DNA of 64,000 nt from Anolis carolinensis. Its lineage: Eukaryota. The notes below the pieces were generated by a model that saw nothing but the letters and a program-made list of their open reading frames with translations, searched no databases and was not told where the DNA came from. Positions 26,501 through 38,511 of the stretch are shown here, piece after piece; position 1 is the first letter of the stretch; each line of letters opens with the position of its first letter. Position numbers and translations under genes: made by a program. The stretch spans positions 281,093,749 through 281,157,748 of the forward strand of contig NC_085842.1 in assembly GCF_035594765.1 (NCBI RefSeq), in the 5' to 3' direction.

Positions 26501-27815
26501 ACATACTAGGGCAGATAAGACACATAGAACATGAAGAGGATTTTGTGTGGAACTAAAATAAGGAACTGAATGTAAATTTGCGAATCTTTGCTTAAGAGTC
26601 TGTTAAAGATACAATTGTAAATAAATAGGGATTTATATGAAAACACCTTTTCGAATGCATGCTCAAATTGCTATTTTCCCTAAAAATGTTGATAGTTTGC
26701 CATATGATAACTAATACCTAATGTCAGCATACTATAGGAGTTTTGGTATCATTCCTATGTATTAGTGCACAAGTCCTTCATAGTGCGTGCATTGTTCTTC
26801 AGAGAACAACACACACGTGTTGTTGTGAATTACATGCATTACAAATGAACTTTTTCAAGCAAAAATGGAGGAACCAAGAGAAGTAAGTACCTAAAATTCT
26901 ACAAAACTATATTTAGTTCCTGTGAGTTATAGCTTTAGGATCCTGTTCTGACTAGGCTAGATCACATGGCTTGGACAAACAACCATTTTTTTCAGTTACC
27001 TTTCTTTCTATCACTTGTAGTTTTGCTTTGCTTGATTTCAAGCAAAGATAATTAGGAAAGCTAGAGGTCAGTTATAGAAACTACAGATATGCCTCTCCAG
27101 AGAGAGAAAATGTCTTCTTTGGTTTAGATTTGGATTAGAATGGATAAATTTGATGTTAAATCAGAAATCAGACTCATATGAGTATAAAACCAGCCTATTG
27201 TTTTAGCTGTATCATGATGTTCATCTTCATATTGAAACATCCAGACAAAATATGGTACATTTTTAATGACAATTGCTTATATGAATACTACAGCAGCCTG
27301 AACTGTTTTCTTTGCCATGACGGTACATCATCTTTGGCTACAAATCAATAAAGATATACACTCATTTGTTTTGATTCACTGTTGCAAGAGAGATATGCTT
27401 CTGATTTGTGAATATAGAGATTTCAGTTACATTTATTGCAACTGCATCTGGTAGTCCCTAATTGCAGTAAACCAAAGTATCCTTTTGAAACACTGAAACC
27501 TCAGATCATTTTTCAAAAGAATTATTTGGAACCTAAAACATATTTCTGCTGAGTTGCTTTTTAAAAAATCTCTGTGTGTCTCCCTACTACCACCTAATTT
27601 GGATATGGCAGCTTGCTGATATGGGCAGAGCTTGTGTGTGTTAGACTACAAGTCAACAGAGGGCATGGCCAGTCAGAGCTGTAGTCCAGTTGTGGGAGTT
27701 GTGATCCATAAATTTATGGGATTTGGCCCTCAAGGCTGCTAAATATTGTACACCCCTGCTCTGGAGCAAAGCTCCTTAAACCATAGGTCATGACACCATT
27801 TGGGTTCCCCTAGCT

Positions 27816-27950
27816 CAGTGTTTCTCAACCTGGGGTCCCCAGATGTTTTTGGCCTCCAAATCCCAGAAATCCCAGCCAGTTTACCAACTGTTAGGATCTC
27901 TGGGAGTTGAAGGCCAAAAACATCTAGCGATCCCAGGTTGAGAAACACTG
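27816..27950. mobile_element. hAT-family MITE, same family as 18105-18239, opposite orientation
   Basis: TIRs CAGTGTTTCTCAACCTGGG / CCCAGGTTGAGAAACACTG; perfect 8-bp TSD CCCTAGCT. Confidence 0.93.
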
Positions 27951-28639
27951 CCCTAGCTGAACTTGCGGTCTCAAAAAAAACCAGTAGCTTGCCACTTAGT
28001 GGTTGCTTTAGACATTTATATAAATCCAGAAAAAAGAGGAGCCAACAGAGTATGTTCTGCCATTTAAATCTGCAAACCATACATGCCAGCATGCCATGAA
28101 AAATGCAGTATCAAATATTTAGCCAAGATTTTTTTATGTCAGAATAAACAAGCACATCTATTTCATTAGTATGCACATTTGCCACATCTTTATTAAATGG
28201 TAAAATTATACCAAATAATTGTTTAAAAATAAAATTCCTTACCATTTATTATCAGTAAATGTTTGATTTGTATACCTCTTTCATATACCCATACATTTGA
28301 GGTTGTGTACATATTTCTCAGGCAAAAAGGGATCGTGAGTGAACCCTGCTCTAGAGTATGTGTCTGATTGTTTTTCTAAAGTGTGTAACTGATTTAAAAG
28401 CCCTACACTAAATAGGTTCAAGGCTAGCAAAACCTCAATTCTGAGCTTTGGATACGAGTGAAATGATACTTAAGTAGGCATCTTGTGTCACTTTTGGCAG
28501 AGGAAGGTGAGGTACAAACATATTTAAAAGTTGGGTATAAATCTGATAAATCTGCAAAATAAATGAATTAAACGCACAATTTTCTTACATGCTTTCATTT
28601 TTGTTGTTGTTCTAGAAGTGTTTTATGTATTTCCCAAGT

Positions 28640-28772
28640 TGCTCATGGTTCTCCAGGCAGCCTGATATCCTTTCAACAACTTGGCAAAGTAGGTTAGGCT
28701 CAGAGAGTGACTGTCCCAAGGTCACCCACTGAGTTGATTTCCCTCTGCCTTGTTCCAGCCACCACACCATGC
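28640..28772 (-). mobile_element. Old MIR/CORE-like tRNA SINE fragment
   Basis: GAGTGACTGTCCCAAGGTCACCCACTGAG core and CCACACCATGCT (reverse-complemented A box). Confidence 0.55.
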
Positions 28773-28869
28773 TGTTTTTCATTTTTAACAAATACACAAT
28801 ATAGTTCAAGGTAGGGTTTGCTTTGATCCAAGATAGGCAGCACTGGGGTATATTTTATCTACATTGCTG

Positions 28870-29252
28870 TTGTTTTTCTGAGTCGGGTGTCTGGCAACAA
28901 ACCAGTTCATGTGACTGTGTACAGTTTGGGGCCAGGGAAACACCACCGTACACGTGCATGGATGCAAAAGTCAGAACAGAGCCTTAATGCTCTAATCCAA
29001 TCAAGAGGATCTGCTGCTATCATAATCTCAGACTGAGTGGTTCATAATCAGTTGCTGAGACCAGGAATGAATTGCAGCCCTTAGCAACATATTTACTCAA
29101 GGGTTACGCTTAAGAAGATATTCAAAACATATGTTAGGTTTATTGGTGAGGACAATGTCAGGTTATGTTCTCGCTTGTTGCTTGTAGCTCACTGGCTGAG
29201 TGAAGTGAGGCCGCCAGTTTAAGCTCAGCTGTGCGACATTCTGTTTGTAAGT
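28870..29252 (+). promoter_or_regulatory. Candidate regulatory block / alternative promoter
   Basis: Repeat-free with retained CpGs; three RFX-like half sites, CACGTG, CCAAT and ATTGG; ends at a GTAAGT donor. Confidence 0.35.
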
Positions 29253-30114
29253 CTGTTTGCCACTTTATAACATGGCAGCTCCACAGGAGATAGAGATATT
29301 GCAATGAAATTTGGTATAAATCAGAGCAAGATTCCCCATTTCAAGTTCAGACACTCCCTTTCATCAGAGAAGGGGGAAATGCAGAATGTAACACATGGAG
29401 ATTTTAAAAACAATGCACTCGTATCTTCAAAAACAGAGATAAAAATTAAAATGGTACCCATATTTGGGGCATATTTTTCCAATGTGATTCTCAAGCTGGC
29501 ATCTTTCTCTGTTTGTAAAGACTCCTGGAAAGAACACAATTTATGCCTTGATGGTTTGAGAATATGTAATGCAAGTCAGTGTGCATCATTAGGATTATGG
29601 ATTTCTTTTCCAAAGGGGTGTTCCAACTTTCTAAGGGGGGGCACACAATGAAAAGAGAGTATAATCTAATATACTATTATACAGTTTATATGCATGTATT
29701 GTTTATGTATGTTTATGCATATGTGTCCAGGCCTGGATGCACGTATATTTCTCTCCATCCCAATGACTAATGGTCTCAATGTGTCATATGATTAAAAAAA
29801 AACTCACACTGAGCTATACAGTAAAAAAACAGTCACAGCCTAAAGTATACATAGAAGAGATAGAATAAAATTTGTGACACCTCAAAATCTAAAAAACACA
29901 AGCAGACTCAAAGAAATCCATAAAAGGCCTAGCAACCCTATAAAAAGTCTGAACATTTCTGTTTTTAAAATAATGTTATTTTTCTTGCACTGGAAGGCAT
30001 AAGCAGCACCAAATGAATCTCTTGAAGGGGTTGCAGAAATTCAACAAATGGGGTGCCATAATTCAGAATGTGGTCTACCTAATGACATACATGTTTTAAT
30101 TTTTAAACACCTGG

Positions 30115-30389
30115 CAGTCAAGATAGTACAGTGGTTTCAGTGTGGGACTACAACTCCATAAATAAGGGTTCGAATCCCTGTTTGGTCATGGAAACCCAAT
30201 AGGTGACCTTGGGCAAGTCACACTAGTTGAATCTACACTGCATTATATACAGCAATGTAGATCCAGTCGAAGCTTCAAAGGAAGGAAAAAGCAAAACCCC
30301 TCTGAACAAATCTTGCCAAAGATCCCCCATGATAGGTTCATCTTAGGGTCGCCATAAGTCAGCTACAAGTTGAAGGCACACAACAACAA
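30115..30389 (+). mobile_element. tRNA-derived SINE with RTE-like tail, inserted in a decayed L2
   Basis: GGGTTCGAATCCC B box, GGTGACCTTGGGCAAGTCACA core, GGGTCGCCATAAGTC..TTGAAGGCACACAACAAC tail. Confidence 0.8.
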
Positions 30390-30601
30390 GTAACCACCCA
30401 CTGAATCTCAATTAGCTGTTCTCATCCTTCAATAAGGATCCTTAATGTTTCAGCAGGTATATGGGTGGAAGCTAACTCAACCCCAAGCCATTTAAAGGAT
30501 TTAAAGATTAAAATCAGCATTAGAAATTGTATCTGGAGACAGACTGGAAGCATATGCAGTACATACTTGTCACCCACTGTTGCTTTCAAAAGGGTCAGGA
30601 A

Positions 30602-30604
<3 letters not shown>

Positions 30605-30640
<36 letters not shown>

Positions 30641-32490
30641 GTAATGGTAATTGTAATAGCTTTATTTCTAGCCCTCCTCTCCTCATGGCTAAAAGCAGAT
30701 TTCAACATAACTAAAACAAACAAACAATCATTTTAAAACATTCTGTAAAATACACATATTAAAAAATACCTCCATAAAATATGTATCAAATACACAAAAC
30801 AAAAAACAGGCATACAGTGGACTTTAAAATTCACCATTAAAACTGTCTGGGTAGACGTGTCGTAAGAAATAACTCTTTACTTGTATCTTAAATTCTGACA
30901 GCTGCTCCAACTGTCATGAGCTCTACCAGCAGGTTGTTTCACAGTCGTGGAGTGGCTGATGAAAAGGTCATCTGGGTGGTGGCTGCCAGATGGGTTTTGG
31001 CAGGCTGGAGTAACTGCCCCACAGAGGACCTAAGTGTGTGGGGTGGATTGTATGGGAGAAGGTGATCCTTTAGGTAACCTGGACCCAAACCATGTAGGGC
31101 TTTAAAGGTCAAAGCCAACACTTTGTACTTTGCCCGGAAACTAATTGACAGCCAGTAGAGTGGCTTTAGAATCGGTGTAATATGCTCACTCCTAGATGTT
31201 CCCGTAACCAATCTGACTGCTGTATTTTGAACCAGCTGGAGTTTTCAAACTTGGTACAAGGGTAGCCCAATGTAGAGCATGTTGCAGAAGTCCATCCTTG
31301 AGGTGATCAGTGCGTCAACTACCATCTTCAGGTCTTCCAAATCTAGGAAGAGGTGCAGCTGACATATCAGTTGAAGCTGATAGTAAGCACTCCTGACCAT
31401 TGCATCTATGTAGGCTGACATTTGGAGAAACGGATTCAGGAACACTCCCAAACTGCAAACACAGTCTTTTTTGGGAGTGTAACCCCATCCAGGACTGGTT
31501 GGCATACCTCCATCCCTAGATTAGGACCCTTGATGGCAAGCACCCATGCTTTGTCTGGATTCAATTTGTTTTTCCTCCTCCAGGTAATCATTCAGAGGAG
31601 ACACGTTATCCTTAGCTGTAGCTGCTTTTGAAATCATAGATGGTATCAAAGGCTACTGAGAAGTATAGAAGCACCAACAGGAACACAAACCCCTTGTCAG
31701 GATTGAAACTGAGATCATCCACTAAGGCGACCATATCAGTCTCAAGTCTGTATCCTGCTCTGAAGCTGGTTTGAAATGAGTTAAGGAAGTGTGTGCCACC
31801 CAAGACTGCCTGAAGTTGGAGGGCAAAAGCCTTCTCAATCACCTTGTCCCAAAAAGGGAAGTTAGAATTCCTGAGCTTCACCTGACAAACTGGCCTTCAG
31901 TGGTATGTTGAAGTTGCAAAGAAGCAAAAGCCTGGGCGACTCCAACAACCACTCCAAGACCAGTTTTGTGAGCTTGGCCAGGGAATCTGTTAGGCAGCGG
32001 GGTGGGCGGTACACTAACAGAATCCCTAGTCTATCCCTGGTTTTCAGACTCAGATACACATACTCAATGTGATTCAGCTCCCTAATAGGCACTCTGGTCA
32101 GCTTAAGATGGTCTTTATAGACCACAGCTACACACCCTGCTCACTTCCCTTACCTGCTCACAGACACAGTACCCAGCTGGGAGTACTTAGGCCCAGGTTC
32201 GAGTACTATCACCTCCCAGCCAGGTTTCAGTGAAGCATGGCAGGTCAGCCCCTTCATCCTTGAGGAGATCATAGATTATGTATGTCTTATTCTTAACTGA
32301 CCTGGCATTACTTAAGAGCAAGGTGAGGTTTTGTGAGTGGTCTGGCTCACTCTCCAAGTTCCTCAGGCTGGCAGGGTAACTGGAAGGGGGATAGGTACTA
32401 AAAGCCTTTCCCTCTTTCCTCTCTAAGGGTATGTTAGCCTGCCATCACCATATCTCCCTCTGCCCTACACAACTTCTATTGTTGTCCCAG
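30605..32490 (-). mobile_element. L2 LINE, internally deleted and pseudogenised (partial APE endonuclease, partial RT, C-terminus, tail)
   Basis: Minus-strand peptides: LLLSNARSVKNK..FTETWL (APE I/II), LVYRPP..LLLCNFNI, SNFPFWDKVIEK..FQTSFRAG..LLYFSVAFDTI (RT), SLGVFLN..TSRMDFCNMLYIGLP, EHITPILKPLYWL..FKALHGLGPGYL; contains stops and frameshifts; ends in a (TTA)n tail. Confidence 0.93.
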
Positions 32491-34185
32491 TTTCCAGATA
32501 CATTGAATTAAAAACAACAATATAAGGACAGACAAACCACCAAAAGCAAAAAAGAGGAAAAGAAATGAAATACAAATTAGAAGACATTAATACAACACTA
32601 GACACACAGTCAATGGGTGTATTCCCAGTCAATCAAGCTGATTAGCTGACTAGTCCAGCAGCACCCTGCTCCCACCAGGGGACTGCCTTGTAATCAGCTA
32701 GATAGTTCTGGTTAGCCTCTCACTGCTAACCAGTCTTTCAGCTGGCTTTCTCACCACCAGCTGGCATAACAGATCTAAAATGACCAGTATCCACCCAGAG
32801 AACTGATCCTAGACCAATACAACACCCAACACATTAAAATGTAAGTCTACTTGAGCCTTCTGGACTCAGTTTTATAATACAAGCCACACCCAGTTGGAGT
32901 AGGCCTGGGTTGCTGGTTACTCAGAAGGAGTCCCAAAGAGCAGGCTGGAGATGTTCAATGCCTCTTCACAGCAGCCACATCAGATTTAGTTACTCTTCTT
33001 TCTATATAGCTGTATTATGCACTGTCAAGCTCCATGCTAGAACATTGTCCCTTAAGAGCAAACAAGACACTAAATTTCTGTTCCTTACCAGTTTGCAATC
33101 ACCCTCGATTCCCTAAAATATAATTAGATCAGAATAACGAGACAGCTTTAGCAAACATTTATACACAAAGAAAAGGAGAGAATTCAGATAATAAATTTGG
33201 GAGATCATTAAATGTAAAAATGCTATGACTATAAATAATCATTTTCCACATTTAAATTATTTCAACAAATCAGTAATAGTCATGCTAGCATTAGTATCTA
33301 TTACAATTCAATATGAATATAGTCTATCAGTCCACCTCATTAATTTTGGTTACCTAGTTTACAAACTTGCTGTTTCAAAATAAATATAAATAGTGGCCAT
33401 CCTTGTGATCTTTTGGACTATTAAAAATAATGTTATTTTATTATTCAATTTTAATCTAATCGTGTGCTGATGTTAGTTGTGCTAGGAAACATGTATGTAA
33501 TGCTACTGCATTAAAGTTTTAGTTCGGACTTGTCCATTGGGATGAACGCACATTGGATTTCCATTGCTATTGCCAGATTCCATCCTGGAAAGGTGACCTA
33601 ACCCTTTAAGACTGCTGAGGCTGGAGAACTTTTGCTGATCCAGCTTGAAAGATACATCAGCCAAAGCTGTTTCTTCTACGGGAATATATGCAGATAGAGT
33701 AAAAGCAACAGAGTATATCTGAAATACTTTGAAAATAAGAATCATGGTTGGCTACCCTTCATTCAAGTAGAATCTGACAATCTCAGATGAAAATGTAAAA
33801 TCTGAAATGAAGAGTGAAATATTTTCAGTCCTCCCTTTTTATTATCAGGGATAAATGCAACCCAATTAATATTATTAAATATTGCCAAGGTTTTACTGGT
33901 TGGATTCAACAGAGAATTTCATCCGCTAATTAATTCAGTGTCTGCTAGGAAAAAATGGAAGCACAAAAGGACCAAACAGTCACTTGAAACCTACCCTGGC
34001 ATGTTCCATATCAGTAAAATATTGTATTATGCTGAACAATTTTGTCAGTTGTAGGGCTATAATAACTAAACAACATGGTTTTGCATGCAATGGTGTATAA
34101 CTAGTGATACGTGTACAACTAGATTTTTATTTTATCAAATTAGACATTCAAATTTTCTATTTATGAGTTTTTGAAAACAAAAATA

Positions 34186-34532
34186 CAGGTTGAGTGTCCC
34201 TCATCCAAAATGCTTGGGTCCAGAAGTATTTTGGGTTCTGGTTTTTTTCAGATTTAGAAATACCTGTATTTACATACATTTACATAATGAGTTATCTCAG
34301 TGATGAGACCAAGAATCAACAAGAAATTTATTATTGTTTAATATATAATTGACATGTAAAGTCTGAAAGTAATTTTATGAAATACTTTGAATAACTGTTT
34401 TCCTTAAACCATGTTTGTGTGCACTGAACTATCAGAAAGCAAAGGTGTCACTATCCCAGCCTCCCATATGGATAATTTTGGATTTGAGAGTATTTCAGTT
34501 TTTGGAATTCTTGAATAGGAATGCTCAGCCTG
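34186..34532. mobile_element. Tigger-type MITE (MER46C-like)
   Basis: TIRs CAGGTTGAGTGTCCC / GGAATGCTCAGCCTG, TA on both sides; 5' body CCAAAATGCTTGGGTCCAGAAGT resembles MER46C as recalled. Confidence 0.85.
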
Positions 34533-36509
34533 TAGTTACATCCTGCCTAAGATCTGAAGATCTCAGCTCAGCATACAAGTAACACCATTTTAAGCAATTT
34601 ATAACAATTTAAAACAATTAAAATAATTGAACCAGGCTGAAATGATGTTAAAATGGGTTTTAAAGTTTAAACAGCGTTAAACCATGCACATGGACATTTA
34701 CAAATAAATCAGTTAAGTCCTAAAAGCTTAAATCAACAGCTATGTGTTTATTAGGGGGTAACATGATGCCAGAACCAGTGCCAATCCAAGGAAGTGGGCA
34801 TTTCACCATCAGGTGAGAAGGCAATTTTCCATGTCTTCAAAGATGGTACTGTTCCTACTTGGATATCATGGAGGATGAGACCTCCTGTAGACCTCATATC
34901 CTCATGTGGATATATATAGGTAGGAGTGCTGCTTCAAATATCAAGGTTCTGAACCATTTAATGGCTTTACATATCAGCACGCACCCTGGCAGCCAGTGAA
35001 GTTCCCTTTAAGACAAATGCACTTTGGCTTTTCTTACATGCAGGTCAAACCTAAAGTCATCACAGCAGCTGCAGAAGCTTCATATACACATCTGCAAATC
35101 TCTCCCACTCGTTTGATGCAGTATGCAAACCATGTTGATAAAATGACCAAAGTCCTCTTCACCAGTTGTGTACTATGAAATTATACCAGTGTAATTGTGC
35201 TGGGTTTATGCAGGATTACTCTGATTAAACCAGGGAGGCAGCCTTTTTGCAGCCCTGATTAGGATATCCATTTTGCGCACCATTTAAAGAGCACAACCCC
35301 TTGTACAATTATATTTATGCCAATGAAAGGCATCAATGGGATTCCAGATCTAATTTCAAATCTGGTTTCTCTTCACCCTGCCTTTTATAATATTTTAACA
35401 CTTACATGTATTTGTCTTTCCTTCTGGTTGTAATAAAGACAATACACTCATATAGATGTTGGAATTTTTCTTCTGGCTATTGTGCAGTTGCCTTTATTTT
35501 CCCCTTTCAGATAGAACCTTATAGGATTAGGTCAATAGGCAAGACAAATAACAACAGCAACAAAAGTCTTTATCATTGGCAGCAAGCATTAAACAATCAA
35601 TTTTAAGTCGATGTCAGTAATTGGCAACAGTTGTTTGAATCTCAGCATTGGAAGAGGATTTGCCCTTGGAATTGTTGTAAACAGCACTAAGCTCAAGCTT
35701 GTGATCAGGTCTTTATCTTCTCAGGTCTGTTTAGTCTATCTAGAAACAGTAGGTAGAGTGCATGGCACTCTCTCTCTAGCTTCAGATTGTTTTGCTTAGG
35801 AACATTTTCCACATGCCTGCAGGTAATGTGTGGTAAAATTCTTCTTACCATTTCATAGAGAAGTAAATTCTTATATCACACCATATTTTTAGTTCACCAA
35901 AGCCATGGTTCGACAACATATAAAGCTTCATGACCTCAAACCGTCCAGCACCCAAAGCCTTGTCAGATGCATGATTAGTCCTCACTTGTTTTATTCCTCT
36001 TCTTGTTTTTGGAAGGAAGTAATTAAACATCTGGGGGTATCAAAGGACATTGGAGCTTTTGGAAAAATGGGAAGTTTGCAAATAACCCCAGCCCCAAGCC
36101 ATTTCTAATCTAGGCAAGTATTGGCTACTGTGACAAGAAGGCCACCAGTGAAATAACCCTTTAAAGATATTATTTTAACCATTAAGATGATTTACCTGGC
36201 CCTTGAAAAGTCATATAGTTATTTGCACAGATGTGAGACCAGTCTGTAGGGCCCGTAAACCCAAAATTTGGCCAATGGCCACTCCTAGACATCCAGATGA
36301 CATCCAGGGCTTCCTACCCCTAACACGGTTAACTCAATTTTATCCTTCATTAGCACAAATCGGGAAATGTTCCGGAGCTTCCCCAAAACTCCAGAGCAGC
36401 CCCAAACTTTCTATTGGTCCAAACAGTTAGGCTGGTTCTAATTCACATGGGTCAATGCCAGCATTTTGTTTTCTCTGAACTCCACAGTTCAGGGAAATAG
36501 GAATGGCAC

Positions 36510-36674
36510 TTACCTTTTGCGTTGTTTGTCACCACAGCAGTGGCTATGGAGCTCTAGAGAGCATCTGGCTGTCACCGGGCACCATTGCTGATGACAATAA
36601 AGGTGTCCAGAAATGGTCAGGAGCTCTGCAGTGCTCCATGCCACTGCTGTGGTGACAAACAATGCAAAAGGTAA
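36510..36674. repeat. Long inverted repeat (hairpin)
   Basis: TTACCTTTTGCGTTGTTTGTCACCACAGCAGTGGC(T)ATGGAGC pairs with GCTCCATGCCACTGCTGTGGTGACAAACAATGCAAAAGGTAA, with further imperfect pairing toward the centre. Confidence 0.9.
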
Positions 36675-38294
36675 TGGTTACCACTGCCGCAATTCAGGAG
36701 CACAGAGGGTAAACATCTCAGTAGTATCTGGACTTATCTAAAACAAGAATGTTTCAGACCAGCTTGGGAGTTAGGTGCCTGTGTTCCTGGGTCCTTAGAT
36801 CAGAAATAGCTATGTGTACAGTATACCCTCTGAAACTGCAGTGGCAAGTTAACCAACTTCATTTCTGTTGGTTTCAGTGAGTGTTTTTTTTTTAAGTATG
36901 ATCATTTCTAGATTAAGCCAGTGGTCAACAAAGAATATTCAAAAATACTATAGTTTCCATGCAGAAATCACTACAATGGCTTAGCAAAATTGTTCTGGTG
37001 AGAGTGCAGATTGCTTGTGTTAAATACTAGCCTAGCCATTGGTGTCTTAAATCCTTATCAAGAAAATAACACAGCTCAGAGTCAGTACATCAGGAAATCT
37101 TAGATAGGTCAGTCTTACATTAGCTATTACTAACCTTATAGGGCTGTTTTGAAGATAAACTAGGAAGAAGAAAAGTTATGTGGAAGAAGGGTTGGATAAT
37201 GTGCAATGAGACAACTCATACAAGAACAATAGTTTCTTTCTTGCGGCTGCTTTGCCAAACTAATTTGCTAGACTTGGACACACTTCATTACACTAAATTC
37301 GAAATATGATTTCCAGCTCCATTTTACACTTTTTGGAAATAAGATCTTGTCTTGAGCAATTATTTACACCTCCGCTACTGTACCTCTATGCGTCAAATTA
37401 ATGAGCAAGTGTTCGTATGACATACTAGGAGTTGGAACTGTCATGAACTGTCAAAAATATTGCAGAGTTGTCTACTTGTTTGGCTATAGTTAGGTTCAAA
37501 AAGCAATCTATGCCGTGGGTGTAAATGTTTCAAAATGCAAGGGACAGCCTCATCCAGGAAATCATGATGTTTCTGGTTTGGCAGAGCAAGATGGATCCTT
37601 TTTCCTTTCAGAAGGTTTACTATACAGTCATGTTTCTTTCTCTCTGTCACATGCATGTATGATGATAATTATTTTCCAATTCTGCAGGAAAAGACATATG
37701 AACTTTCAACTGACACATCAAAGTTCTGTGCATTTATTACTTATGTACAATACAATAGGATTCTAAGATTGTTAAGACAATTTTACAAAACCTTAAGAGA
37801 TAGCAATTTTCAGTTTCCCTGGAATATGAATAATCAATGAATAATAATGAGAATTCACCTAGTCTGGATTCTAGGAGTTGTGATTCAAAAAGTAACCTTT
37901 CCAAATTTTGGTAATGAAACTTAACGTTTGTTTAGCGTTTTCAAGAGTCCAACGTGCTTTACATTCATTATTGATTTTATTTTATTTGAAATGTTTTATT
38001 TTAGTCTTAAACTGTCTTTTGAACTTCTGTTGTTGACTTTGGTGTTATAAATAGAATTCTGGGGTTTTTAAAAATTCTTTTTTGTATTAACAGTATATTT
38101 AATTATACTTTTTGAAAAATGGTTATGAACTGCCTTGAATCCTGTGCCAGGAGAAAAGTGGGATATACACAAGAAAGAAGAAGTAAAGTAAAAGAAAATG
38201 AATAAAAGAAAGAAAGAAAAAGAAAGAGAGAAAATATTTGAAGCCCTCTCAGTTAGTATGAATGCTCTCTATATTGTAGCTGGAGAGAAGCAGA

Positions 38295-38511
38295 GGGTAC
38301 ATCTGCACTGTAGAATTAATGCAGTTTGACACCAATTTAACTTCCATGTCTCAGTGCTATCAAATCGTGGGAGCTAGTTTTTTACAGGTCTTCAGCTGCC
38401 TCTGCCAAAGAGTTCTGGTGCTTTGCCAATTACAAATCCCAGGGTTCTATAGCATTAAACTATGGCAATTGAAGTGGTGTCAAATGCATTAATTCTACCG
38501 TATAGATAGCC
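38295..38511. mobile_element. Palindromic PIF/Harbinger-like MITE
   Basis: Arms GTAGAATTAATGCAGTTTGACACCA / TGGTGTCAAATGCATTAATTCTAC; GGGTACATCTGCACTG terminus. Confidence 0.75.
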
